This document shows positions 63,047 through 64,000 of a DNA stretch of 64,000 bases, piece after piece. The first letter of the stretch is position 1, and each line of letters starts with the position of its first letter. Source of the stretch: Dicyema japonicum (taxonomy: Eukaryota; Animalia; Dicyemida); NCBI GenBank assembly GCA_011109175.1, contig RDEW01000045.1, positions 177,417 through 241,416 of the forward strand, given 5' to 3'. The notes beneath the pieces are model-generated. The model was not told the origin of the DNA, did not search any database, and worked only from the letters and a program-made list of their open reading frames with translations. The position numbers were made by a program, and so were the translations under genes.

Positions 63047-64000
63047 ATGCATTCATATTTGTTTAAAAAAGTAATAAAAATATATAGCAAAGTACGTATC
63101 CCCCAATAATGAAAGAATTATGTTTGTGTGGAATAAATGTTCTGGTTATTTAGCAATGTGGTGGTGAGGAGGGACTATTAAAAGTATTTCAAATTGATAT
63201 GCAAGGTTTATATTATTACTGTTTGATAGGTTTGAATGATAGGAAACAATTATATTTCCTGAATGTTAATAGAATTCATGAAAGTAGTTATGTAATAATT
63301 AATTAGCAAATATTACTTGTCTCGCATGGTCAGAGAAAACAAAAAAGTTATCCTCAGCTGATGAAAGTGGTATTATTATTATTTGGAGACATTTTGGGGG
63401 TTTAAATTGATGATGACAATAGACTCAATGAAGGAAGAACTAATAAATGATAATAATTTACATAAAATTATTGATATGAAGTGGGATAATTCTGGTAAAC
63501 AAATATGTATAATATATTCTAATGGTATTGATTATCGATTATATAGGGAATATTAATGTGATCACGAATGAGGGTGCCTTAGTTTGGAGTAACGAACAAT
63601 ATAGCAATATTATATCACTACAAGTTGTTATTATAATTTATCAAAGTGGTTCCCAAATTGTGATTCCATTTTGATTGGAAGGAAATCCCAAATTATTATT
63701 TTAGACAAGCGTGGTAATAAAATAGTAATAAATTTAATAAACTAAGGGGAATATTGCAAATGACTCTGAAATATCCTCAATTGTTTGGTATAATGGAGAG
63801 AATGGATGGAGATTTAATATGTGTCCAACATTGGCTATTTGTCTAGAAGATGGAATTTGTAAATTAATGAGGGATGTGAATGACACAGGTTATATGCTTA
63901 ATCTCAGTTAGAATTTATTACAATTAAAACTGAAATGTCAATTTTATGTGCGAAATGGAATAGAGACGGATCAGTTATAGCAATTGGGGGAACTTTCTTG
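63047..64000 (+). CDS. WDR35: WD repeat protein 35 / IFT121 (IFT-A), 5' part, runs off the window end
   Basis: MHSYLFKK|...WNKCSGYLACGGEEGLLKV...KKLSSADESGIIIIW...EELIN...WDNSGKQICIIYSN|G...CPTLAICLEDG...KWNRDGSVIAIGG is colinear with WDR35. Introns 63071-63092, 63206-63229, 63284-63306, 63400-63422, 63525-63546, 63624-63646, 63725-63746, 63889-63911; one extra A at 63155-63156. Confidence 0.93.

Overview
AT-rich eukaryotic nuclear DNA; no prokaryotic features, tRNA, rRNA or CRISPR arrays were seen. About 10 kb is host genes and most of the rest is transposon-derived. Recognisable host genes are WIPI1/2-like (ATG18), ADK, RPS13, MORN2, a disrupted SORD, a PKN-like probable pseudokinase and the 5' part of WDR35/IFT121. 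Orphans are a secreted His/Asn/Asp/Arg-repeat protein and two paralogous type-I membrane proteins. Every gene is split by tiny introns (about 20-31 nt, mostly 21-25), many at the positions I recall from the human orthologues. Miniature introns at ancestral positions plus cilia genes and the standard code best fit a dicyemid (mesozoan) parasite; this is inference only. Intergenic DNA holds non-LTR retrotransposons (Vingi/Ingi-like, CRE-like, R4/Dong-like, RTE/BovB-like), hAT, MULE and Tc1/pogo remnants, and a short non-autonomous Vingi derivative. Four Vingi-like elements carry a virus-like 2A (StopGo) motif directly before the endonuclease; two are intact and two degenerate. The assembly has two N-joined duplicated overlaps and frequent single-base homopolymer indels, so frameshifts and odd splice sites may be artefacts.
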